Shown here piece by piece: positions 36,837 through 46,249 of a DNA stretch of 64,000 nucleotides. Where the stretch lies: IMG/VR virus record IMGVR_UViG_2663762946_000001; one strand, written 5' to 3'. Both the position numbers and the translations under genes were made by a program. Within the stretch, counting starts at the first letter, position 1, and the number at the start of each line of letters is the position of its first letter. The notes below the pieces were generated by a model. That model was not told the origin of the DNA and did not search any database. It saw only the letters and a list, made by a program, of their open reading frames with translations. This DNA is from a virus. Taxonomy: Duplodnaviria; Heunggongvirae; Uroviricota; Caudoviricetes.

Positions 36837-37784
36837 CTAAAATGAAATACCTTTTGACTTTTCATTTACCATTTTACGAAATTCCATCTTCTTCTTTTCT
36901 TTCTCTATCCTTAGTTTTTCTTCTTCTATAATTCTATCATTGTACATTTTGTTTGCTGCATTTACTGAAGATATTAGAGTGTCTCTATGATATTCAGCTA
37001 CCTCATCCATAGTTGTTCCCTTTAGCCAAATTTCATCAAAAGATACTGATGCTATACTAGGTCTGTGCATAGTAGTAAAACTGGAAGGATTTCTCCAACA
37101 ATATATGAAAAATTTATCCCAATCACGTGGGGGTTGAGTATTCAACTTAAACGGAATATCATATAGAGCCGAACCCCTGCTTCCATCCAATGTGGGTTGT
37201 GTAACTTTTTCTGTTACAATCCCTAGTATCTTCACATTAACAAGATTCAACTCCTGTTTACTTTTGACTTCTTTGATATCAACATTCATCAACTCGGCAA
37301 TGGTTTCTCTAGGATCTTTTGTTATAACTTTCTTTTCTATTTTTAAGTCTAATATATTTTTTAGTAAATCACCAAAATGTTTATCATTAAATTGATCATT
37401 TAGAATTACACCATTAATACCCATTAAACAATTAGGAGTTTTGTCGTTAGCATATTCATCTTTATATATTGGTATTACTTTATGAGTTTTGTCTTTAATA
37501 ACTTGCGCCAACATTCTGCCCTCATACCCGCTACCATTTTCTCTTTGATCAATGTGTGATTTGTATTTTTTTGTGCATATAGGTAAAAGTATATCGGAAT
37601 TAGAAACAAGTAATTCCATGAATTGATTAATATCATCTCCAAGATTAAGTTTGTCATGATCGTAATTTACATATACTTTATTCTCTTTTAATTTATTTAC
37701 CAATTCCTCTACCCATTCACGATGTTGATCGTCATCATATGAATAGAGAACTGCAACCGTTGGATTCTCGTTTGTTTTTTCCAC
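36837..37784 (-). CDS. TIR-like (flavodoxin-fold, DUF1863/ThsB-type) domain protein with a C-terminal domain of unknown function
   Basis: The N-terminal 110 aa, VAVLYSYDDDQHREWVEELVNKLKENKVYVNYDHDKLNLGDDINQFMELLVSNSDILLPICTKKYKS...SGYEGRM, follow the TIR-like pattern (betaA xFISYxxxD, helix, xG-D-xI loop, SxxxLLxxSxxY). About 200 further aa have no recognisable motif. Confidence 0.45.
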   Translation of the reverse strand: MEKTNENPTVAVLYSYDDDQHREWVEELVNKLKENKVYVNYDHDKLNLGDDINQFMELLVSNSDILLPICTKKYKSHIDQRENGSGYEGRMLAQVIKDKTHKVIPIYKDEYANDKTPNCLMGINGVILNDQFNDKHFGDLLKNILDLKIEKKVITKDPRETIAELMNVDIKEVKSKQELNLVNVKILGIVTEKVTQPTLDGSRGSALYDIPFKLNTQPPRDWDKFFIYCWRNPSSFTTMHRPSIASVSFDEIWLKGTTMDEVAEYHRDTLISSVNAANKMYNDRIIEEEKLRIEKEKKKMEFRKMVNEKSKGISF

Positions 37785-37803
37785 GATAACTATTACCTCT
37801 TTC

Positions 37804-38199
37804 TTATGCCTTTACTGCTTTTTCTACTGCTTTAGTTAATAATTCAGAAAAATTCAAACCAGCTTCATTACCTTTTTCATTTAAATAATTTGGAATCATA
37901 ACTGTTTTCTTAACTTTTTTCATATCATGTTCTTTCTTATATTTATCGACATCTACATCTATAAGATTAACAATAGCATCTTTAATCTTTGGTGTTTTAA
38001 ATATTGATCTTGGCAGTGGTTCTTTACTATCTAATTTATCCATTAAAACTAGTCCTATATAGTCACGAGCGTTAGTAATTGCATCTGGAATATCTGTACC
38101 TTGTGTGTAGCCGTCAAGCGCAGGAATCTCAACAAAATATGGAACCGTATCATTATCATTTTTTGTGATAATTACTGGGTATATTCTAATATTTCCCAT
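37804..38199 (-). CDS. hicB: HicB-family antitoxin
   Basis: IRIYPVIITKNDNDTVPYFVEIPALDGYTQGTDIPDAITNARDYIGLVL is the HicB/UPF0150 RNase-H-like N-domain. The C-terminal TVMIPNYLNEKGNEAGLNFSELLTKAVEKA is a ribbon-helix-helix-like DNA-binding tail. Confidence 0.65.
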   Translation of the reverse strand: MGNIRIYPVIITKNDNDTVPYFVEIPALDGYTQGTDIPDAITNARDYIGLVLMDKLDSKEPLPRSIFKTPKIKDAIVNLIDVDVDKYKKEHDMKKVKKTVMIPNYLNEKGNEAGLNFSELLTKAVEKAVKA

Positions 38200-38231
38200 T
38201 ATAAAAACTCCTTTCTATATATTTAAATCTA

Positions 38232-38405
38232 TTACTTAAGGTTATTACGTTTAATAATAATTTTCGCTAAACGTTCATTAATATCTGGGTGTCTCGGAAT
38301 CGTCTCTTTATCCTTACCATTTGTCCAGATATCATGATTCCCACCATTACGATATAGATACCAATTATTCTTCTGCAATTTTTTTATTAACTCTCGTCTT
38401 TTCAC
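38232..38405 (-). CDS. hicA: HicA-family mRNA interferase toxin (57 aa, GTG start)
   Basis: Not in the ORF track because it is shorter than 60 aa. Minus-strand translation gives (M)KRRELIKKLQKNNWYLYRNGGNHDIWTNGKDKETIPRHPDINERLAKIIIKRNNLK. This matches HicA/YcfA (ELIKLLEKNGW...GSHxxxxH). AAAGGAGG sits 7 nt upstream of the GTG. It is immediately upstream of hicB. Confidence 0.65.
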   Translation of the reverse strand: MKRRELIKKLQKNNWYLYRNGGNHDIWTNGKDKETIPRHPDINERLAKIIIKRNNLK

Positions 38406-38483
38406 ATTTTGTAACCTCCTTTGACTATCATTAGTATACGTATTATATACGTATATGTCAAATCAAAAGTTTAGTATAAAATA

Positions 38484-39137
38484 CTACTTCGAAATCAACT
38501 TTTTCTGATAGATATCGCTACTTAGGTGAAATCTTCCAATATCATCTTCTGTAAAAGTTCTACTATATCTATTTGGGAACTTAGCTTCCAATCTCATAAT
38601 TTCATCTTCTTCTGCAAGTCCAAGTATTGCTGGGTTTAAAACATCTTTATAATAATAAATGTCTTCAGTATGAGGTACTAATACACGATATTCTAATTGA
38701 ATATACTCCTTCCCTTTATAATTATCTAATAGGATTACCGACTTGTTCGTAGGGGTTAAAGTATAACCAATTAATTTAATGCGTTCTTCAATAATTAGAT
38801 TCAATAATGCATATAGGAAATGTGCATTGAATCTGTCTATTTCATCAATAAATATATTACTACCATCTGCAACTTCATGTTGAAATATTAAATCAGTTTT
38901 TGAGTTCAGAATCTTTATTCCATCTTTGCCTATTCTATTGTTTTGATACTTTCCTAACGCTTTACGAAACTCATTATTAAAAGAATTCAAAGCAATATTA
39001 GAATGTGTTAAAACAATAATCCCACCATGTGTTTTGCTATAATTAATTACTTTTCTAATTAAAGTTGATGTTTTACCACTTCCTCTATCTCCGATAATCA
39101 TTTCTGTGTCCTGTAAAATATCGCCTAAAGTTACCAT
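38484..39137 (-). CDS. P-loop NTPase, function unknown
   Basis: Walker A IIGDRGSGKTST and a Walker B-like IFIDEID. Confidence 0.4.
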   Translation of the reverse strand: MVTLGDILQDTEMIIGDRGSGKTSTLIRKVINYSKTHGGIIVLTHSNIALNSFNNEFRKALGKYQNNRIGKDGIKILNSKTDLIFQHEVADGSNIFIDEIDRFNAHFLYALLNLIIEERIKLIGYTLTPTNKSVILLDNYKGKEYIQLEYRVLVPHTEDIYYYKDVLNPAILGLAEEDEIMRLEAKFPNRYSRTFTEDDIGRFHLSSDIYQKKLISK

Positions 39138-39296
39138 ATTGTTCCTCCGTTATTTCATTATGTGTATTTGTATATACAAAAATAGTCATGGCTGTTCAGA
39201 CCATGACAAGCAATGTTCAAGTGGTTTACTGATTTATCAGTAATACTTGATAACTAACTATATCATGTCCAAAATCTAATTACAATATGTTTATTT

Positions 39297-39662
39297 CTAC
39301 CAGTCTTCTTCCCATTCTCCAAATTCATCTTGGTCATTATCAAAGCTAATTGCAACCTGCAATCCAATAATACTGTCTCTTAGATCATTACCACCAGAAT
39401 ATAATACCCTGTTTAGCGGTAATTTAGTAATTGAAACTCCATAATTAGAAATCTCCATTCGTTCTTCATAATACCCATTCTCATCTATACTATCTATTCT
39501 AAGATTCTCTCTTCTACACATTAATCTGGCCTCAAATAGATTACTAAAGATACCTAGTATGTCAGTACATTCATCGAATGTCCCATTATTATATTTTTCA
39601 ATAACAATAAAAACATAATTTGATTGAGAAAGAGCTGCTTTCCTCTTTATCGTCTTCTTCAT
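39297..39662 (-). CDS. hypothetical protein
   Basis: A 121-aa ORF. Its 3' end overlaps a motif copy (39283-39296). Confidence 0.35.
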   Translation of the reverse strand: MKKTIKRKAALSQSNYVFIVIEKYNNGTFDECTDILGIFSNLFEARLMCRRENLRIDSIDENGYYEERMEISNYGVSITKLPLNRVLYSGGNDLRDSIIGLQVAISFDNDQDEFGEWEEDW

Positions 39663-39706
39663 TTGTAGATATCAACTCCTCTTGCTGAAAAATTTGTATA
39701 TTTTGA

Positions 39707-40018
39707 CTAAATATTGGTTTCCGTTATACTATATTGTTCACGTTCATCATCAGTAAAACCATCAATATATCCACGGGCTTTATACCTTGCATCAAAACGT
39801 CTAACGATATCGCCTGTTTTGCGATTAGTAATAATATATAGTTTACTCATCATCTTTTCCAATTGATCTTCTCTATATTTTTTAGTCAAAATTCCAAATG
39901 ATGTATAAATTGATAATGTATATACTTTGTCATTAACATCAATAATATTACCAATTAACAAGTAATTTTCATCATTTTTATCTATGACTCTTACGCTATT
40001 TTTTAGTCCCAAATCCAT
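39707..40018 (-). CDS. hypothetical protein
   Basis: A 103-aa ORF. Confidence 0.35.
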   Translation of the reverse strand: MDLGLKNSVRVIDKNDENYLLIGNIIDVNDKVYTLSIYTSFGILTKKYREDQLEKMMSKLYIITNRKTGDIVRRFDARYKARGYIDGFTDDEREQYSITETNI

Positions 40019-40610
40019 CTAATTCTAGCTCCTTATTATTGTTTTCGTATTCATTAACATCATTTTTGAACTGTATCATAGCAGAGGAAATTACCTTCTT
40101 TGTGTCCTCACGCAATCTTTCTCTTAAAAAAGGAATCATATCTTTTGATAGATTATCTAGTCTATTCACCATATAAAGTATGTCTGCCTTATCTTGTTTA
40201 CCAATTGACTTTTTCTTTAAGATGTCCTGTACATTGTCGGAAATTTTATTATACTCATCTTGAAATGATTCAAAATTTGCATCAATGGTATGATTGCTTC
40301 GCTCAATAGTATTGGGAGTTATATAATCTTGAGCGACTCTCTTCCCATCAATTTCGGACAAAGTACAAGTAACACCAGAACCATCACCAAAAGATGATAC
40401 GAATTCACTCCATTGCCTTGCTGACATATCAACTGTCAGAATATTTCTTGTAGTTCCACGAACAATATCTTTTTTCATTAAGCTATCTTCCTCAACCACG
40501 CCTTGGACTACTTCAATCGTAATATAATTATTGATATCGAATTCTTCACCTACTAATCTTGTCCTACCATGCGTTCGATTCACTCTAATTTTCCCAACAT
40601 TATCATTCAT
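39996..40610 (-). CDS. hypothetical protein
   Basis: A 204-aa ORF after a GGAGG ribosome-binding site. Confidence 0.4.
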   Translation of the reverse strand: MNDNVGKIRVNRTHGRTRLVGEEFDINNYITIEVVQGVVEEDSLMKKDIVRGTTRNILTVDMSARQWSEFVSSFGDGSGVTCTLSEIDGKRVAQDYITPNTIERSNHTIDANFESFQDEYNKISDNVQDILKKKSIGKQDKADILYMVNRLDNLSKDMIPFLRERLREDTKKVISSAMIQFKNDVNEYENNNKELELDGFGTKK

Positions 40611-40675
40611 AATTAATTCCTCCTGTGAAGTTGATTGTATATGTATTGGAGCATAAAGCCCCTTAGATCAATATG

Positions 40676-41455
40676 TTATTTTGATTCTGTTGCTACTTCA
40701 TCTTGTTTGCGAAACCAACCTTTTTTACTGAAAAAAGCATACATGTCATTTAGGAAAAAGACGCTATAACTAAAGATAAGTGCAAAGTTTCCATCTCCTT
40801 GTAGCATTGTTTGTGTCCATAGAGCAATTGTAAACACTGAACTAATAGTCCATACAAAATATTGCTCACGTTTCCGATTTAATTCCAATAATGAACCAGT
40901 AATAGCCATGGCCAAGTTCATGCTATCCAAGAAAACTCGTGGATCACTTGTGAGACTGAATAAATAATAGATTACGCCCCATGCTACTACGAAGAACACA
41001 ATATATTTCACCCATTCAAAAGCATTTTTGAATTTTTCAGCTTGAATATTGTCATTCCACTTTGGGTCAAGAATACAGAATAGATCTAAGAAAATTAAGT
41101 ATCCGATTTGTTCCCAAGCTGTAGCAAAGTTTCCTGCCATGAATCCTACGCTTGCAATACAAATTGCAGATGTAGCACCTAACCAACCTTGAATACCAGA
41201 CTTATTTGAGATACCAACAACGCAAGCAACTGACAGGTTCCCACCAATAAACGACAATACTGACAAAAGTGGGCTGCCACTAAATGATTGCAGTAACGAG
41301 ATTACTTGCAATACAAAGTTGAATAAAATTAAGCCATAACTAAACTTACCCCAACCTTTACATTGATTAATCAACCAACTAAAATATCCTTTTCTAAAAA
41401 CATTTTTTGAATAAACTGATAAATTTGATAAAACATCTGCATAACGACTAAACAT
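40676..41455 (-). CDS. PnuC-like nicotinamide riboside/NMN transporter (tentative)
   Basis: A 259-aa polytopic membrane protein with 7-8 helices. Trp/Asn-rich helix ends (WLINQC, WEQIGY, WNDNIQ, WTISSVF) resemble PnuC. Homologues are common in large Firmicutes phages. Confidence 0.4.
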   Translation of the reverse strand: MFSRYADVLSNLSVYSKNVFRKGYFSWLINQCKGWGKFSYGLILFNFVLQVISLLQSFSGSPLLSVLSFIGGNLSVACVVGISNKSGIQGWLGATSAICIASVGFMAGNFATAWEQIGYLIFLDLFCILDPKWNDNIQAEKFKNAFEWVKYIVFFVVAWGVIYYLFSLTSDPRVFLDSMNLAMAITGSLLELNRKREQYFVWTISSVFTIALWTQTMLQGDGNFALIFSYSVFFLNDMYAFFSKKGWFRKQDEVATESK

Positions 41456-41655
41456 ATAATTAAATCTCTCCCTTATTTTTATATTAGCTTTTTAATTTAA
41501 TAATTCGCTTATCCAGTTAAGCCCTATTTTCTGATAGCCTAACTATCTTTGTCTTATAATCTACACATTTCATTATGTTTATTTATATGGTGGCGAATGT
41601 TGACTTTCCAGTATCAATACACCTCCCTTCAGTTAATTGTAAGTAGGTTTTTATT

Positions 41656-41991
41656 TTAAAAGGGAACTTCTATTATTCTTAATTGATCCCTTTTATTAAA
41701 AGACAGTTTAAACCAACTGGCGATACTATCTTTACGCGATTCAATAGAAATACCTAATTTGTTTATTAAAATTTTATCATTCTGTTTTACGAAATTATAT
41801 AAATTTTGATTTTGAATATCATTAAAATAAATATAGTTTATACCATTTTTTGCTGATTCCATCAGTTCTTCTTTTATAATTTTATAAGTAGGTGATTTCT
41901 CAAAATCTTTATAATATTCATAATTAACCTTATTTGCTATTTCATATAACTCATCTGCAAAAGTCATTTTACATCTCCTTATTCTTGACAA
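41656..41991 (-). CDS. hypothetical protein
   Basis: A 111-aa ORF. Confidence 0.35.
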   Translation of the reverse strand: MSRIRRCKMTFADELYEIANKVNYEYYKDFEKSPTYKIIKEELMESAKNGINYIYFNDIQNQNLYNFVKQNDKILINKLGISIESRKDSIASWFKLSFNKRDQLRIIEVPF

Positions 41992-42386
41992 TATATTAAA
42001 TTGTTTAAATAGTCTACATCGACTTCAGTCATTTTATCTTTGAAAGCAGGACTCAACTTGCAAATTAGTATAGATACGTTTTCGTAATCCGTGGTAAAAG
42101 TCATTTCTGGCATAACAACTTCAAGTCTATTCATCATTTGTATTACTCGCTGACGTCTATGATCACGGTCATATTCAGGTGAGAAAAAACCGTCTTCTAT
42201 TGGAATTCTTATCTCTGTGAGTCCTTTGGAAGTAGCATCAATCATTTCTCTTTGAATCTTTTTAATAAGTTTATTATTCTCTTCGATAAATAATTTTTTC
42301 GTTCGATCTGCATATTTTGTTAAATTATCACGAATTTTGTCAGCAAAATCCACACTAGGCATGATCACATTCGTTGCTCCTTTCAT
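41979..42386 (-). CDS. hypothetical protein
   Basis: The start is set to ATG at 42386 (MKGATNV...). That ATG is the ATG of the class-2 motif CATAATGAAAGGAG. The ORF-track start at 42434 would place the promoter motif inside the coding sequence. Confidence 0.4.
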   Translation of the reverse strand: MKGATNVIMPSVDFADKIRDNLTKYADRTKKLFIEENNKLIKKIQREMIDATSKGLTEIRIPIEDGFFSPEYDRDHRRQRVIQMMNRLEVVMPEMTFTTDYENVSILICKLSPAFKDKMTEVDVDYLNNLIYCQE

Positions 42387-42493
42387 TATGTTTATTTGTA
42401 TGACGATAATATTAAATATATTCCATCTTGTCACTTGAATAGTATATCATTATGTTTATTTAATGTAAATACTATATTTATAAAATAGAACTT

Positions 42494-42700
42494 TTACCAA
42501 TCACTATTTGCTCCTTTTAAATATGCTATAACAGCGATTCTTTTACTTTGGGGTTCTAAAAATTCATCCGACATAATCTCACCTATTTTGCAAAATGTAA
42601 TATTTTGAGTATTAGTTTTATTCCAAAGTAAGTTTTCCATACCCTCTAGATAATTTGTCCTATTCTCCAGATAATTTATTCTATTATATACTTCATCCAT
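42494..42700 (-). CDS. hypothetical protein
   Basis: A 68-aa ORF. Confidence 0.3.
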   Translation of the reverse strand: MDEVYNRINYLENRTNYLEGMENLLWNKTNTQNITFCKIGEIMSDEFLEPQSKRIAVIAYLKGANSDW

Positions 42701-43163
42701 TTTCTATCACACCCTTTGGCAACTTAAAGGTATGATATTCACCAACTATCTCGTCTGTTTTTGATAGCTTATATGTTACGATATCCTTGAGTTCCATGTC
42801 ATTATACCCAAATGGGAATGCAGAGAACTGACTGACTAGTTTTTCTCCCTTTCCACCAATTTCCGCTTGGTAGTCAACTACTTCCTGATAATTACCTTTT
42901 TCTGTCTTGATTATATCCCCATCATAAAATAATCTACCATTTTTATCTTGTTTCTGTGTACATCTTTCTAATACAATTTCATCTAATTCTGCACCTTGGT
43001 ACACATGTATTTCATGTTTTTCGGTGTCTAAAGCTCTTATATAGTCAACTCTTAGTCTTAAATTATTGTATTTGTCAAAACCTTCAGGGATATAATTTAA
43101 CTCTAAGACATATAAAATCCTACCAAGATAACTGTCCCAAATTCTATATTGATAATTCATCAT
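42693..43163 (-). CDS. YopX-like protein (tentative)
   Basis: The N-terminal MMNYQYRIWDSYLGRILYV resembles the YopX N-terminal signature (KFRAWD...MIY). Confidence 0.35.
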   Translation of the reverse strand: MMNYQYRIWDSYLGRILYVLELNYIPEGFDKYNNLRLRVDYIRALDTEKHEIHVYQGAELDEIVLERCTQKQDKNGRLFYDGDIIKTEKGNYQEVVDYQAEIGGKGEKLVSQFSAFPFGYNDMELKDIVTYKLSKTDEIVGEYHTFKLPKGVIENG

Positions 43164-43505
43164 TTTACCTCCTAAAATAAACGTACTGATTCATAATAGT
43201 AAGTACCTTCAGTGCTTTGAAGGTTCATTTCTCTAACTTCATCGGCGGCATCAATTACATCTCGATGTGCCTGTATTATTCTTACGTCATCATAAAATTG
43301 ATAATAAACTACATATATCATTCTACACATTCTCCTTGCCTGCTCTCACTTTCATATTATTCGCTATTATGCTCTCCGTTTCTGTGAGAAAAGTGTCCAT
43401 TTCAACTGCGTTAAAGTTTGGAGTCATGTTCCTAGCCATTATTAGTAATAGCGATTCACGAATTTGAGATACTTTGATTGTCTCATTGTTCATTTATATT
43501 TCCTC

Positions 43506-43844
43506 CTACCCCATCCAATACTCCATTTTAGTAACATCTACATGTACGAGTTTATAATTGAAGTCCGTATTTATATATGAATTTGTATTCTTATATCCTA
43601 ATTTTTCAAGATCCTCAATAAGACTAGTGTGATAAGATAAATCAAATATTTTGACTGAGTATTCCTTTTTACGCTTTTGAAATCTTTTAAAGTTAATAAG
43701 ACAATATGAAGTAAAGCAAGCTATAATTAGAATCACACTTAATATTATTGTCAAATAGAATAACCATACTGCATTAATACTTTCACAAAACTTATAATAG
43801 AAATAAATATCCATTATCTTCATTCTCCCTTTAGTTTCAACCAA
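43506..43844 (-). CDS. hypothetical membrane protein
   Basis: One transmembrane helix (LFYLTIILSVILIIACF). Confidence 0.35.
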   Translation of the reverse strand: MVETKGRMKIMDIYFYYKFCESINAVWLFYLTIILSVILIIACFTSYCLINFKRFQKRKKEYSVKIFDLSYHTSLIEDLEKLGYKNTNSYINTDFNYKLVHVDVTKMEYWMG

Positions 43845-44011
43845 TTCTCTAGGTACCTAACTTGCTGCCACACATATGCTTCCTTTGCATGTTCATCGTT
43901 ATTTCCTAGCTGATTACTTTGAAGTCTGCTTAGGATGTCGCGCTTAACTGCAATTGGGAAATCATGGTCATTAATTAGTCTGTTTAACGCCATGCCTGCT
44001 ATTTCACTCAT
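43820..44011 (-). CDS. hypothetical protein
   Basis: A 63-aa ORF. Confidence 0.3.
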   Translation of the reverse strand: MSEIAGMALNRLINDHDFPIAVKRDILSRLQSNQLGNNDEHAKEAYVWQQVRYLENWLKLKGE

Positions 44012-44310
44012 TCCGACACCTCCATTTTTCTACCACATTTAGGACAATTGTTAATAGAAATACTTATGAAGTCTGGTACATCAAAAGCTGGAAAGTATAA
44101 TGATACTAGTATTCCTTTTTTAGGAAGCACTACTGAACTAAGGTCAGGAAAAATAGATCCAGCATCTTCTGAATCAAAACCTGCCACATACGACTCAAAA
44201 TTATCATAGTCATTATCTTCTTGAATATGACAGTATTTACATCTTTTTTGCTCTTGTGTTTCAGCAGGAGCTAAATTGTGGCCATTCAAATCGTTATCTC
44301 TAGTTTTCAT
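44008..44310 (-). CDS. hypothetical zinc-ribbon protein
   Basis: CKYCH...CPKCG gives two CxxC pairs. Confidence 0.35.
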   Translation of the reverse strand: MKTRDNDLNGHNLAPAETQEQKRCKYCHIQEDNDYDNFESYVAGFDSEDAGSIFPDLSSVVLPKKGILVSLYFPAFDVPDFISISINNCPKCGRKMEVSE

Positions 44311-44702
44311 TTTGACACCTCCAGCATGTCCATTACTCTAAATACGAAAGACTGACACTTTGCTTTATTAAATCTATACCATAGTAATGTTTCGCCTTGT
44401 AAATATCTCCTATCAAAACTAATTTTCTGATTAGCAAATGAAACTGATAAATAACCATTGTTATCAGTTTTTTTATCATAAAATTCGTAGTAGTCACTGC
44501 CTTCCGAAAATGTCTCTTTAGGTTTAAAATCTTTCCAAACAGACAAAGCTCCTTTATAAATGAAATTCAAAATATCCTTTGACTTGTCTATAGAAAAGCT
44601 TGGAGCGTCTTTATCTGCACCGTAAATTTCAATATTAGAACGATTAATCCTTACTAAAACTTGTGTACCTAATTCATCTCTAAAATATTCTTCAACGCTC
44701 AT
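44307..44702 (-). CDS. hypothetical protein
   Basis: A 131-aa ORF, translationally coupled to its neighbours. Confidence 0.35.
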   Translation of the reverse strand: MSVEEYFRDELGTQVLVRINRSNIEIYGADKDAPSFSIDKSKDILNFIYKGALSVWKDFKPKETFSEGSDYYEFYDKKTDNNGYLSVSFANQKISFDRRYLQGETLLWYRFNKAKCQSFVFRVMDMLEVSK

Positions 44703-45034
44703 TTCGACACCTCCAGCAAATCATAGTTATTGTGTATATCGCCTACAACCTCGCCTTTACGAATTACATAGTCAATACGAACTCCGCCTGTGTAGAAGCA
44801 AGCATCTTCTTGAGACCATTTGACAGTTAGATATAGAATTTCACCAGAAAAATTCTTGTATTTTATAATATCTCCCTCATAGATTTCCTTGCCGTTCTTG
44901 TCTTTCAGGCCAGTAAATTGTTCAACAATAATGTTTTCATCACGAAAGAAATATCTAAGACTTAAAAAATTCTGTACCCCATTAATCATTTCTTTATCTT
45001 CTTTATTCCAAGCTCTAAATTTATACTCTTCCAT
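44699..45034 (-). CDS. YopX-family protein
   Basis: MEEYKFRAWNKEDKEMI...FTGLKDKNGKEIYEGDII...GDIHNN matches the YopX consensus. Confidence 0.55.
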   Translation of the reverse strand: MEEYKFRAWNKEDKEMINGVQNFLSLRYFFRDENIIVEQFTGLKDKNGKEIYEGDIIKYKNFSGEILYLTVKWSQEDACFYTGGVRIDYVIRKGEVVGDIHNNYDLLEVSK

Positions 45035-45154
45035 CAGTTCATCCTCTTTCCTTGCGGCTCATAATCAGGATTATATTTTTTCCATTTACCACTAACTACC
45101 TGACCCAACGTAAAATTTCTACTACATTGAAAATCTACTAATAACTTATGATTC

Positions 45155-45520
45155 CTAGCTCTTTTGTGCATTTTCCCTTACCTCCGAATGCCTTTTCTCG
45201 AAGTATTTTCTTGTTCCTTCTAATCCCAATTCACTAAATTCTGTACTAGCAAGCTCTGCAAATTTTTCACCTAAATACCAGTACCTCACAACTCTGTTTA
45301 GTGCAACCGAATGCGAGTAACCGCTCTGTTGCTCAACACCCTTTGCGTTCCAAATATCATCACGCCAAACATCTTCTAGCTTTTTACTCTCGGACAAATG
45401 TTTTTCCATCAAGTTCATTAAATTTTCAGCATAATCTAGAATTAACGTTCCATAAGAGTCTGAATTGACCGATCGTTCTGTAGTCCAACCAAACTTAGCT
45501 TTGTCATTGTAAAACTTCAT
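45155..45520 (-). CDS. hypothetical protein
   Basis: A 121-aa ORF after a GGAGG ribosome-binding site. Confidence 0.35.
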   Translation of the reverse strand: MKFYNDKAKFGWTTERSVNSDSYGTLILDYAENLMNLMEKHLSESKKLEDVWRDDIWNAKGVEQQSGYSHSVALNRVVRYWYLGEKFAELASTEFSELGLEGTRKYFEKRHSEVRENAQKS

Positions 45521-45548
45521 CGCTGTTCCTCCTCAATTCTTGAATGAA

Positions 45549-45821
45549 TTAGCCCCATATTTTTCTAAGATAATCAAGATATTCATTTAAAGACTGGTAG
45601 TCACTAAATTCTTTTAGCTCCAAGCAAACTCCATGAGTACCATCGAGAAATAGTGGCTGTACATTCTTAAATTTGACATTTTCAACCTTGGTTTTCGTCT
45701 CAAATTTATCAAAGTAAATTTCTCTCTTTTTATTCTTAATTGTCAACACAAATCTAATCTTGCTGGGTAGTTCCATATTAGCTTCCTTCATAGCTTTTTC
45801 TAAATGTTGTACTTTATTCAT
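45549..45821 (-). CDS. hypothetical protein
   Basis: A 90-aa ORF after a GGAGG ribosome-binding site. Confidence 0.35.
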   Translation of the reverse strand: MNKVQHLEKAMKEANMELPSKIRFVLTIKNKKREIYFDKFETKTKVENVKFKNVQPLFLDGTHGVCLELKEFSDYQSLNEYLDYLRKIWG

Positions 45822-45867
45822 CTTTTATTCCTCCGCTATTCCTATTAATATAATTTGTGCATTTGTC

Positions 45868-46236
45868 TTATATGTTACTTGACTCAAACAAGCTATAAAT
45901 TATTCGTCTATATTTCCTAATAAATTGATAATTATCATGTGTACATTCGGCAAAATATATTATATTAATTCTTTCAGCATAAACTGGAAATGTCACTATA
46001 TCTGATTTTAATAAGCAAATATTTGTTTTATCTTTGTATATTCGTAAACAGTAATTTTCATCATCGAATTTAGTATCTATACCTTGTTCCCTAAAGTATT
46101 TCTTGATCTTAGTCTTATCTCTTGAAAACTTGTCTTTTCTTTTTATGCTTATTGCTATTCCAAGTCCAACTAATGCTATTGATAATGCCGCAACAGCAAT
46201 TAGTAATACAAATCTCGTTTCTATCATTATGTTCAC
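45868..46236 (-). CDS. hypothetical membrane-anchored protein
   Basis: An N-terminal transmembrane helix (FVLLIAVAALSIALVGLGIAI). Confidence 0.35.
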   Translation of the reverse strand: MNIMIETRFVLLIAVAALSIALVGLGIAISIKRKDKFSRDKTKIKKYFREQGIDTKFDDENYCLRIYKDKTNICLLKSDIVTFPVYAERINIIYFAECTHDNYQFIRKYRRIIYSLFESSNI

Positions 46237-46249
46237 TTCCTAGTAAAAT

